Positions 25,130-36,790 of a stretch of DNA of 64,000 bases are shown piece by piece. The notes beneath the pieces were generated by a model that worked only from the letters and a program-made list of their open reading frames with translations, did no database searches and was not told the DNA's origin. The stretch's first letter is position 1. Every line of letters starts with the position of its first letter. A program made the position numbers and the translations under genes. Origin of the DNA: Paramoeba atlantica (lineage: Eukaryota; Protista; Discosea). Location: NCBI GenBank assembly GCA_977017575.1, contig CDRNVI010000155.1:1-64000 (forward strand), in the 5' to 3' direction.

Positions 25130-26420
25130 TTTTTTTTTTAATGAAAGAGATTTTTATTCAAATAGATGGTTGGAGAAGGGAATGGTTGCACATTCGGCAG
25201 AGTATCTCACCCAGTGAGAGGAGGAACTGCAGGAAAAGGGGGTAGTACATGGAAAAGAAGAGGGGGGAATGGAAATGTCATTTGGCGTCTGAGGATGAAG
25301 ATGCTGGAAGGAAGATGACTTCACCTTGGAGATCGGAAAGAGTTATTTGTTTCTCCTCAGGGGTGTCTCTGTCCCTCCCTGCATTAAAGTCTGTTTCGAT
25401 CAGACGTCTGTCCACATATTCTTTGTGTTTCATGATCCTGGCATGGTGTGCAGGTGAGAGGGTGTCGAGGAGAGGGTCAGAGTGGATTTTGGTGGGTGTT
25501 TGGATCACACAGCGAAAGCGTGGGGTTTTGTGGCTGGACGTGACTTGGACATCAATGCACAGATCCTGGTCACCTTGCCACTCACGGATTGTAAGGTCAG
25601 GTTGCTTGTTTGACTTCCCAATTGGCCGGTATACTCCCGTCTTGGATTGTTGTTTTTCCTGCCCAGCTGGCAATGTTCTTGAGCTCATCACGGAGAGCAT
25701 GGTGTCTTCTTGTGATTCCTCTTCCACGACTGGTGCAATCTGAGAGGTGGAGGGAGGATGCAGCACTGAGTTCTTTTTCACAGAATCCACACTTGACAGT
25801 CCCAAGTTTGCAGAGAGCCCCAAGGTGTGGGTCAACTATGTCAAGCCTACATCGGTAGGCTGAACGAAAGTCTTCAACATTTAAGGCTCGATATGGCTTT
25901 GGCCCAGAGGTGTCCTTGTCTGGGTAGGCTGTCATCCACAAGTGGGTGGTGGGGCCAACCTCATTCTCACGGATTGCACGGCAGAGGTTTTCGTCTTGTG
26001 TTGGGTCCATGATCTTCTTTTTGATGTCCCGAAGGGCCAGATCAAGTGAGTCAAAGGATTGAAACTCATCTTGTTCGAGGATTGCTGGTTTCCAGTCAGG
26101 AATTTCGGCTCGATCTGGTGGAGTCCACGCCTGCTCGGATCTTGGGTAGAGGTTCTTTGCAGTTTCACGATTTTCTGGGACTGAGAGATCCCTGAACCCA
26201 CTCTTGGATTGGAGCTTTCTTGCAGCTTTGGAGAGATGTCCTTTTCTGACCTCTTCAATAATCTGGTCTGCCTTGGTTTTCTTTGTGGACTTCTGCCTCC
26301 TCTTTTGCTTGAGTTTGCTGAGCTCGCCCTCAAGTTTTTTGTGGAGTCTCTCCCACTCAAAATTGCGCACCATGGTGCACCGAGATTTCACTTCTTTCAT
26401 TCCTCGGGTACCCCTCCTAA
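25130..26420 (-). mobile_element. Non-LTR retrotransposon remnant with restriction-like endonuclease (CRE/R2-type), RT domain missing
   Basis: N-terminal GHLSKAARKL...KNLYP is followed almost directly by a Zn knuckle CGFC...HLSDC, RRHHAL and, after a frameshift, KQPDLTI...CIDVQVT...ARIMKHKEY. A-rich 3' end near 25130 on the minus strand. Confidence 0.65.
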
Positions 26421-26522
26421 GGCAGCCAAAGATCCTATTTTTTTAACTTTTTTTTGAGAATAAAACCTTTTTTTTTGAAAAAGGAAGGAAAATTGTTGTT
26501 TTTTATTTATTTTCGGGCTGTC

Positions 26523-29500
26523 CTACCGATCCCATCTTGCCATCAATTGAGAGACAGCAGGGTGAGAGGGATCATCTTGCCAAAGAGGGAAAGAGTTACA
26601 ATGCCCATTACGATTTGGAATATCGGAAGGACGATAGCGATGTTGTCTGATGAAAGAAAAACTTAGTAAAAAAATTCAAGAAAAAGAAAAAAAGAAAAAA
26701 TAAAAGAAAAATAAAAATTCAAATGAAAAGAAAAACCCGTCCAACTCATCAAGCAAATCTTCATACTCAGTCTCCTTCAACCGCTCCCGAATCACCGGAC
26801 CATGATGTGGTCCAGCAAGCCAAGGACCACCACCATAAACAACTTCTTCTCCACTTTCAAGATCCTTTCCACCTAACATGACAGCCAATTTTCCCAAACG
26901 TTGAGGAATGAGTTCAAAAGTCTCAGATGGCATAATTTGAGAAACCAATCCCACGTTCACTCCCATCACAAATTGGTCCACTGACTCTAAGTTGTGCAAC
27001 AGGAAAGTGGCATGCTCTTCGCTTTGTTGTGTTGCCAATTGATTGTTCCATTTTTCTTTTCGTTTTCCATTCAACAATCCGTGGATGTATTGGTAGAGCC
27101 GTTCACCTTCCTCAGGATTATCTGGGCGTAAGATTGCTATTTTTTTATCAATCAAGTCTCGGAAACGATCATTTGTTGGCACGAATGCAGCTTGCAAAGA
27201 TTGCCAATCTTCGTATTCTTTCTGTGTCATGTTCTCCAATCCAACAGCTCTTGTTTGAGTGATAAAATATTCCACTGTTTTATAGACTTTGACTTCCTTC
27301 TTCATCTCTTTTGTCATGTCAGCTCTTTCATTTTGGGAAAGGGCTCAAAGTCAGAAAACTTGACAGGAACAAAGTCACCATTTTCTTTCAACTCTGGGGG
27401 AGAATCAACGGTGAGAGGGGCAGATTGAGGGTGATCTCCAGCCACCATACGACGAACCAAGGAAGCATAGGCATCAGGACTGGCATGTTGAATGGAAGCC
27501 TCTCTTGCGAGCTGTCTTCGATAAATCTCAGCAATCAAAATGGGTCCAAAGCCTTCTCCAAGAGTCTCGATTGGTTTTTGAGCAGCAAGAATGGCTCCAT
27601 ACAAAATATCAAGGGTTGGGAGTTCAGATTTTTTGTGAGAGGAAACATCACAAAATTTCTCCAAAATTGTCATTGGACGGAGTTCCTCTGGGACTCTGAG
27701 GGTCTCCAAAAGTTTGGTATCAAACATAATTTCAGTACAAACTTTCCGAAACTCTTCCACAATCATTCGAGAATGATCACTTTTAGCTTGTCTATGCAGA
27801 CGAGCCAACACAGCAAAGAGAGCAGGGATTTGTGGTGGAGCATAAGCAGTTGGAGAAAGAGCAAAAAAGTGACCACAGAGAACAGGAAGCAAGAGACGGA
27901 TACGAGCATAGTGGAACGGAGTACAATACAAAGGAAGTCCAGCATTAATAACTTCTGCATTAATTCCTGTCAAAAGTTTCGAGACTGTTGAGAAATCGAA
28001 TGTTCCGGTGGCTTCCTTGTTTCCTCTTCCAATCTGAAACTGGGCAGCTTGCTCTAAGGTAGTCCAAGATACCATTGTATTTCCAAGGGTCACTCGCAGC
28101 GCGGTAGGTTGGTCAACTGTAATTTCGGCACGTTCAATCATTAACCCAAACATCAAAATGTTTGTCTTGGAACCAGTTAAGATCTCAGGGAGAGTATCTT
28201 CATAAATATCATCTCTCAAGTCACTCATCTCAATCAATTCCTCTCTACCAGCAGGGGCAGCGCCATCTTGAGCTTCTTCTTCTCCTCCACTTTTACTTGG
28301 TGTAACAGGAGGCACAGACATAAATTGATGCTCAAGATCGCTTAACTCTTTTTCAGTAACGTCAGGAAGAGCTCCCAATTTCTTCTCAATACTTCCCATC
28401 AATCCTCGATTGGTAAGTGTTCTCTTATCCAGGTTCTTTTCTCTTCGAGACTTTTTCATCCTCCCCTTAAAGGCCATCGCTTTGAAGCGAGCAACTAATT
28501 CAGACTGATTACAAAGTTTCTTATCAACCTTCATGGCCACCAAATTCCTCATCTCGTGATCTCTCTTTGAATTTCCAACTATTGATGTCCGACTTCCTTT
28601 CTCCTATCTTTTGGCGCACGCTTTCTAATTAACTCAAGTCGTTCCTCCAACTCGATAAGTCTCTCTGACCCATTCGGAGAATACAAATCTCTCTGCAAAA
28701 TAGCGAGATGGTAATCAGTCCCAACCACACCCTTCAAAATATTCGGAATTTCTTTCATTTCAGTCAAAGAAGAATTCAATTGGAGAGAAATTTTCTTTGG
28801 AGCTTGAGAAACCCACATCTCACCAGACATGGTAACTTCATCACTACCACCGCTCTCGTCATCAAGATAAAAGGTCACAAAACGTTCCGGACTATCATCG
28901 ACAAGAACAGGGAGCTCCACAGCCTTCCCAGCAAAGGTTAAAAGTTGTTTTGCTTCAGTGATAATTTGATCGTCATCTTGCTTTCCAGGACGAGAAGAAG
29001 CGAAAACATAGACTCCTTCACCTGTTCCAGAAGTCCGAATCTCTCGACTCGAGATTGTCCGCCAAGCCCAAAACTGTGGCTCTGTGGAGAGAGAGAGAGA
29101 GATTAGAATTTAGGAGGAGGAACCAAAAAAAAAATGGTAATAAAAATCAAAAAAATAAATGAATAAATAAAAATGAATACTTTTTAAATTGAAGAATAGT
29201 AGCTCTCAAATCATGAAGAGAAACACCATGTCCTTTCGGAGCGAAAGGAGCATCAGAAGGAGCTCCGTCAGTCATGAAAACAAAATCAATCGAATCTCCC
29301 CCTCTCCTCTCAATTCCTTCTCTCTCTCCTCCTTCTCTCTTTCCTTTTAATTGGGAAGAAGAAGAAAGAGATTTGAGGTATGAGTTCATGCAGTGGAAAG
29401 CGAGACGAAAGTTTGTGATTCCGTTTTGCCATTTTGAGGTGAGTTCTTTGCCTTGAAAAAACAAATGAAATTAGAAAATAAGAAGGAGAAGAAAAGAAGA

Positions 29501-29850
29501 GAGAAAAGAAAAAGAAAAAGAAAAAGAAAAGAAAGAAGAAAGAAGAAAAAGAAAAGAAAAAGATAAAGATAAAGATACTGAGTCGAGGGTTTGTTCCTGG
29601 CAAGAACTGAGCGGAAGTCGAATAATTAATAATTTTAAATTCCAATCCCTTTGAAAAAAGAAAATGAGTAAAATAGAAATTAAACATAAAAATAAATAAT
29701 AAAATAAGAAATAAAAATAAGAAATAAATCATAATGGAAAAAAAGAAGAAAAGAAAACCTCTTCTTCCAAACTTGCAACAGCTTTCAAGATTTGGTTTTT
29801 TGGAGTTCCAGACATTGATCCGGATGTATCACATCCAAAAATCACTTCCT
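26523..29850 (-). pseudogene. Large VWA-domain protein gene with several frame disruptions
   Basis: MIDAS-like VIFGCDTSGSMSG, GITNFRLAF and IDFVFMTDG. Long downstream ORFs 28579-28920, 27314-28552 and 26676-27317 lie in shifted frames. The last exon reads HRYRPSDIPNRNGHCNSFP...WDR*. Confidence 0.65.
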
Positions 29851-29889
29851 TTCTGAGAAGAGAAAGAGAGGGAAAGAAAGAGTGAGAAA

Positions 29890-31010
29890 GAAAAGAGAGA
29901 AAAGGAAAAGAGGAAAAGCAAAAAGGGAAAAGAGAAGACAAAAAAAAACAAAGGAAAGAAGAGAAGAAGAATAAGAGAAGAAAGAGAAAAGGAAGAAGAG
30001 AAAAACCTCAATTTGAGCAGAAGGGTAAGGAGATCTCATTGGGAGATGCCATTCTCTCTCAACCAAAGGATCATTTGGCAACGAACCACAAACAAAACCA
30101 AAGAGAAAGAAAAAGAACAAGAGAAAGAAGGAGAAGACAATCCGTGGCCCCATTTTCCAAAACCTTTTTTTTTGTTTTGTTTTTGAAGAAAGAAAGAAGA
30201 AGAAAGAAAGGGTTTTTGAGCAAAAGAAAAAAAATCCTTTCTTTTCTCCCTGTCCTCTCTCTTTTCGATCTCTCTCTTTTTCTCTTCTTTTCTCGCGAAA
30301 AGAAGGAAAAGAAGAGAGTTGGGCGTTTTTTTGGTCCATACCATCACATCTTTTCATTGAGAAAAGGTCCATACCCACCAATTTTTTTTTGGGGAAAAGA
30401 GAAAAATTTTGGTGATTCTTTGAAAAGAATTTTATTGAAAGATTTTTGTACAACTGTCATAAGAGTCCGACTCATGCGTCCATTTCTGTTCCAGTTCGAG
30501 GAGATCGAGAATTTGTGTGACTGGTTTTGACTGATCGAACATTCTCAGTTGTATTCTCGTCTGCGTGAAAGAGAGCAACTATTATAATCTTTTGGCAAGG
30601 CAAGAGCGGTGAAAGAAGGAAGGACACACAAAAAAAAGATTCCAGAATAAAAACCAATTGTTTGGAACTTGGAGTTCAAGAATTTTTTTCTCTTTTCCAT
30701 CAATGAGACTAAAAAAAGCTGGTCGGGATTTTTTTTGTTTATTTTAAGTGAGCGTCTGGTTTTTTTTTTTTTTTCGCGTGTTTTCTGAAGGAGGCGCTGC
30801 CCCTGAAAAGCAAAAGATCAAAACTGGTCCTCTGATGAATAAGAAAAGACCAGATGAAATCGAAGACTTCGATTGCAGAGTCGGTCTTCTCCTCTTAAAA
30901 GTCTTTTTTTTGTGACCTTGAGGTTTCATGAAGCTTCCTCATCATCGAATTAATTTTCCTCGGATCTCATTTTCTTCGTTGGGTTTTTGTGTTGTTTGAC
31001 CAAAATGTTA
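29890..31010. repeat. Direct segmental duplicate of ~21640-25025 with internal deletions
   Basis: Kexin exon 1 is near-identical (MGPRIV...SAQIE), as are the intergenic DNA and the GPCR 3' end. The copy jumps at ~30582 from 22287-homologous to ~24390-homologous sequence, removing the GPCR body, and a second deletion corresponds to ~24760-24945. Confidence 0.85.
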
Positions 31011-31158
31011 AAAGAGCCAAAAATACCAAAAAAATAGGACCGAAATAGGGAATTCTTGGGATATTTTTCGGGATGAAAAAGAGTTGCGGTGAAGATATTT
31101 TTCGGTCCAAAAATTCCATTGTTTTTTTTTCCGTTTTGCTTGCTTTTGGTGTGTTGGA

Positions 31159-31877
31159 ATGGGGGTGAACAGCAGCGGTCTTCTTGGACTTGTCTTTCTG
31201 TTTTTGTGTTCAACTGTTGCGGAAGAGGAACAAAAATTGGTCTCCTTTTCAAAATTCCCCTTTTCTTTTTTTTTTCTTTTCAATTTGATTTTTTTGTTGC
31301 AAAAAGCTCTGGGAGATTTGTATCACAACACGAATGGACCGGATTGGGTGGCCAACGATGGATGGATGAGTGGTGATCCATGTCTTAATTCTTGGTTTGG
31401 GATCGAATGTACTGATGATGATACAATTCTTGCCATGTACTTTCAAAAAAAAATCTATTTTATTTCTTGTTTGATTTGAAAGAACACTCACAAATTCTTT
31501 CACACAACAGAGAGTTACCTGAAAACAATCTTCAAGGAACTTTCTCGTCATCAATTGGTCTCTTCTCAGCTCTTGAACAATTGTTTGTATTCTTCTCTTC
31601 TTTCAAAATGCTCTCTTGTGTTTGAAATTAACACGAGTTTGTTTTCAGAGACCTCAAGGGAAATACAATTGCAGGTGAAATTCCGACCAACATTGTGCAG
31701 CTCTCTTCTCTTCTTTGAACTGTTTGTCTTTCTTCTTTTTCACCTCTCAAAAGTAGAAAAGAGAAAAAAACTCACCTCTTCCTTCTTTTTCATTTGACTC
31801 AGAAAATTGAATACAAACTCCTTGATCGGGACCATTCCCACTGAGCTTGGATTGTTTGAGCGACTTGAGGAACTGTA
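31159..31877 (+). pseudogene. Truncated secreted/receptor LRR gene (LRR N-cap plus about three plant-type LRRs)
   Basis: Signal peptide, then ALGDLYHNTNGPDW...DPCLNSWFGIEC, ELPENNLQG, LKGNTIAGEIP and LNTNSLIGTIPTELG. There is a frameshift/stop near 31715, and the gene breaks off where the transposase sequence begins. Confidence 0.75.
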
Positions 31878-31929
31878 ATAGTCTTTTTTTTTTTTTCAAA
31901 TTTCTTTTTTTGATTTTTGATCTCTTTTT

Positions 31930-34460
31930 TCTTGAAAAATGACGTGAACAAAAAAATTCTCTTGATTTTCTCTGCAGATGGAGGAGGGTTTAATAAAAAG
32001 GATGGTGGAATTGAATTGACGTTCAGTCGAGGGGACAAGGATTGGGAGAGAGGGAACCGTTATATGAAACCAATTGTCAATTTTCTGACTGAGAAATGTG
32101 GATCTCTGGAAAAAGAGATGCGGAAGATTTACGAAATGTTTGACAAGGTTTTTTTTGAATTTTTTATCTTTTTAATTTTTTATCTTTTTATCTATTTGTA
32201 TTTCTTTTTCTGGTTTATTTTTTTTTAAAGTTTTTTTTTTGGTTTTGATGATTTTTAAATTTTTTCTTCTTTTTTTTTTTTTTGAAACAACCATTTTAAA
32301 TTTGAAGTTAAAATTCAAACTTTGTGAAAAAAAAACTCTTTCTCTTCCTCTCTTTTCCCACAGAAAAAAATTCAATGTTCGGATGGCGTGGAACGGTGCA
32401 TTGACTTTACTGAGAGTCACATGACATGGTGATGTCATGCATTCTCTTTGGTCATGGCTGTAAATTTTTTAAAAAAAGATCAGTTGGGTCATCATAAATG
32501 TTTCCGATGTACTATCACCAGTGCACATCAAGATTGGGATGATCGTACGAAGGTTATTTTGTTTTGAATATATTCAAACACATTCATATAATTTTAAACA
32601 AACATTTAATTAATTTTATGTTTTGCATATTTGTTAAAAAAATAGCACCATTTTAACGGGTCAATCAATGGGGATGAAACATCTCTCAATATATTTCGTT
32701 CCTTTATCGAGAAAGATGAAGATGAGTTTGCCTTTACTGAGCAGAATTTTACGAATAGCCAAAATTGGTGGACTCTCCAGGAGAAAAAAGAAGGATTTGC
32801 TCGAGTGAAGAAACTCAAAGATGAGGGGAAACCCAAAGCCACGATAAAGCAAGCAAAAATTGATACAGGAATGAGACACCTTCCAATGACCCCTTCAGAA
32901 CCATGGAACCACAATTTGGAAGTAATCCACTTTCTTGTTGGGATCACATCGGGGGTGGTAAAACTTTTTCTGCGATGTGGACTCCAGGTATTTTTTTTTT
33001 AATAGATGTTGAAAAAAATGTAGATGGTTTTTTAATTTCTTTTTCAATTTTTTTATTTTCTTTTTTGATTTAATTTTATTTTCTTTTTTTGAGGATATAC
33101 CCAAAATAATTTTTTTTTTATTTTATCACCTCAGAGGATCTCAAATTTGATTGTGCTATCGGGGATGCGTTTAAACGTGCTGCAGATGTTCCAATTGCAC
33201 CATTATAACGTGAAAGCAACAACACAGAAACCTCTTTGGAAGAGAATCAAAGCTTGCAAACTCAATCGGGTCCAATGGATCAAAATTTTAAGAAGCTTTT
33301 TTCGGCAAAAAGGTTTTTTTGTTTTTTTTTTTTACTTCCCCCCCCCCCAACCATCCATCTGTTTATTGTTCTCCCACTCTCTTTCAAAAAAAGAGGGGGG
33401 GGAGGTAGGACTTCTTTTCTATTCTATAAATTTTAGTTCCTTCCTCCTCCTGAACAACAATCAAAAAGGGAAACAAGAACAAAAAAATTTTGACCAACTA
33501 GTTTCTATGGCCAAAGAAGAATGTCCCAATACATCTTGCAATGAAATGGGAGTACTTCATGATGACGAAAAACCTCTAAGGACTCAGAACTGTTCTCTAA
33601 GTATTTTTTTCTTTGTCTCTTTTTTCTTAAGCTTTTTATTTTTTAAAATTTTTTCATAATACAACCCTAAACCTTTCAGGTTTGGATGGAGGAATTGTTG
33701 ATCTTTTGCTCTCTCGGCCTGGATCAAATGGTCTTTCTAATGAAACACAGAAGGCACAGTATGATTTTCTATGCCTCACATACGATATTCTCCGTTACTC
33801 TGCACTTCCCTGTAAACTACCAGATGAAGAGGTTAATTACGTCCGAAAATGTACTCTCCAGTGGGGAAGGTTATTCAACAAATCTGGGTTCAACAAAAGT
33901 TCTTGGACATTTTATTTTCATGTCCTCCATGACCACTTGCATTGGGAATTATTCCGGTTTTTTTTTTTCAAGAACTTTTTTATTCTCTCATTTTTATTCT
34001 CTCATTTTTTATTCTCTCATTTTTATTCTCTCATTTTTTTATTCTCTAATTTTTTTTTTGTCTCTTCCTCCACACAATTCCCACAAAAACACAAACGTCA
34101 CACAATTGGTTGACACCACCATCAACCCCACCAACCAAACATCTATTTTTCTCTTCTCTTTCTCTCTTTTCTTTCTCTGCTCACCCCCCCCCCCTCCCCA
34201 GACTCACCCCTCTCTTCTTTTTTTTTATTTTAGATATCCACTCCCAAGACGAGGATCATGGGTAGTTGAGACGTTTTTCAAGCTCACAAAACGATATTGT
34301 TCTTCAGCACAACCTTTTGGAAACCCACCACGAAATCAAACCAAGGAGTCAATAGCATCATTCCGGACTCTATCACATCTCAACCTTACGGGTGTTGTAA
34401 AACGCAGAGTTGGAAATGCAGAACTTTCAGCTCTGGAATGGAAAAGTCAAAAAAAAGGGG
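31930..34460 (+). pseudogene. 5'-truncated, intron-containing RAG1/Transib-like DDE transposase
   Basis: Motifs in RAG1 order: ILLIFSADGGG (D at 31977), RYMKPIVNFLTEK, a TGA at 32430 lying 23 codons before CFRC (32499), NLEVIHFLVGITSGVVKLF, YFHVLHDH (33913) and GSWVVE (E at 34268). Exons are separated by T-rich GT-AG introns. Confidence 0.65.
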
Positions 34461-34736
34461 GTGGATTTGTTAGAGGTTTTTGTTTATTATTATTTTGAAA
34501 AGTTAGTAACTTTGTTTTTTGGAAGAAAGATATTCTCAGTGTTCTCAGTTCTCTCAGTTCTCTCAGTTCTCAGTAGAAAATTAATTTTATTATTTTCTCT
34601 TTTTCTTTTATTGTTTCCTTTTCTTTATTTTTAATTTTTTGATTATCTTTTTTTCAAAAGTGTGGTTTTGTGAGTGTTTTTTTAACTCTTCTCTTGCCAC
34701 ATTCACACTCATATATTTTTTTTCACAACAAAAAAG

Positions 34737-36161
34737 GTCAGGTTCTTTCTGCTGGAACTCCACAAACTGAAACCCTTCCACCACGAACTGATTTCGATTT
34801 CTTTGACCCACAGGGTCACTTACCAACATCGTCCATCCCAAAGGCACCTCCTCGGGCTTATGATCCTTTTCTTTCCAAAAAAAGGATTGCTTCAAACACC
34901 ACCACACCACAAAAAGGAGGCTCTTCTTCTGCATCATCAGGCTCTTCTTCTTCCTCTTCCCCTCCATTCTTATTTCAGGACTGGCCTGCTTTGTTTAGTA
35001 AGAAAAGAAAAGGTATCCTTTTTTTTTCAAAAATTTCTTTTTCAGAACTAATAATTGCTTTTTTTTTCTTCTTCTTTTTTTTTTTTCTTACTCCTCTTTT
35101 CTTTCTTCTCCTTCAACTTGTTTCACTCTCCAAGTCTCCCACACTTTTTACATACTCTGATTTTTATTCCTTCTCTCCAAAATAGGCCGGACCCACCAAG
35201 CAACAAAAAGAGAGAAACCTCAGAGAAAAAAGACTCTTTTTCTTCCATTGGGTGATGATGACAAAGTGAAACGAAGGGGAAGATGACAACATCCCCACCA
35301 GCAGGACAACTCCAACCCCAACCCCACCCCAGCAGTGGTGGGAGTGACATTTCTGCCATTGAGACTTCCCTTATTGACAAACAAAAAGCACTTCAAATTC
35401 TTTCACGAAGTGAGTGGATCAACGATATGACATCATAAATTTTTATTGTCAACATACGATTGGCTCCGAAAACTTTGTTTGTTTTTTTTTTTTCCTTTCT
35501 GTTTCTCCTTTTTTTTTTTTGATACTCCGACAAGAAACTTTATTCATCTTTTTTCTCCTCTTTCTAGAATGTAGACGATCTTTGCTACTGCTATTCCTCA
35601 CTACTTCTCACATGTCTTGAATCCAAAACAAAAGCTCCTGAACAGCGAGCATGGAAACCAGAATAAATGGCTCAATATTATATCCTCCCCTACAACATTC
35701 CAAATTGTCATTGGGCTCTTTATATTCTTTCCCATTCTGAAAAGAAATTGTGGTACTTGGATTCATACCAAACCAGTTTTTCTGTGAAGCAAAACGTTGT
35801 TTCTTGTATCGAGAGGTACTTTTCGGTTGTGAGCTTGTTAGAAGTCATCACACCCAAAGTTCCCCAGCAACAAGACGCTGTCAATCGTGGGATTTTTTTG
35901 TTGAGTTTTGTGGAGAAGTTCCTGCAGTGTGAGGACAAGCAGTGTTATTGGGAGAGTATTGAAAATGAAGTAATTGATCCCAGTCAAAAACGAAAAGAAA
36001 TCCATTCTCTCATCCTCCAGAAATCTCTCACCATTCCAAGAGATATCTCTTCTTCCACCACCGATGATGACGAAAGAGAGGGGGGAAGAGAGAAGTTGGG
36101 TGGGTCATTTGATATCTCGATTGGTTTTTGGTGGTCTGGTGTGTCAAAACCTTCCTTGTGA
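34737..36161 (+). pseudogene. Ulp1/SENP (C48) protease domain with Ser/Pro-rich linker; disrupted
   Basis: EWIND-(frameshift)-IINFY, ILPYNIPNCHWAL, WYLDS and PQQQDAVNRGIF, where the catalytic Cys position is Arg. In-frame TAA just before 35667. Confidence 0.75.
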
Positions 36162-36790
36162 TAATAATAATCCTTTCACAAGATCCTTCTTATTTTTCAT
36201 AAATTTTTCTTGTTGTTCCCCAAACACAATTCTTTTTATTTTTCTGCCCTCAAGAATCAAATTTGACCTCTTCAGTCCATTTTCTTCACAAACTGGAACA
36301 ACTTAATTTCCAGCCAGAATTTGATTCCTATTCCAACCCTCCACTCAAAAATGAGAGAAAATATCCCCTCTTCCTAAGATAGGGTCTTTTGCTCCCTTTC
36401 CCTTTTGATTCTCAGAAAATACGGTTGAAAAAAATCTCGGGTTCGTGACTTTGTTGTTGGAAAAAACAGTGCCAAAAGAGGAGAATGCTTCTGTTCTGAA
36501 AAAGACCGTGAGAAGAAAAGAGAGAGTTCCCAAGAAGGAGTCGACTTTTTCCGCGGAAGGGATGATCGAATTGTGCTGATCGAATATATTTGTGCTTTAC
36601 TTTATTTAGATAATGAATTCTTTATTTAGATATTGATCAAATTCGGCGAATATCGCTGGGCGTCCCAGTTTTTTCATGGTCGGGACTTAACCATCCTAAA
36701 ATTAAATGAAAGTCGGATTTTGAATGCAAAGCGTCCCTCGGACGTTTTGCTTTTGGATTAATTTTTTGCGAAGATATTTTGTCCAGGAAA

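Noticed and set aside
36430-36470. ...AAAACAGTG as an RSS-like right terminus for the 31.9-36.2 kb element
   Set aside because: No matching left TIR or TSD was found, and a 5-mer occurs by chance.
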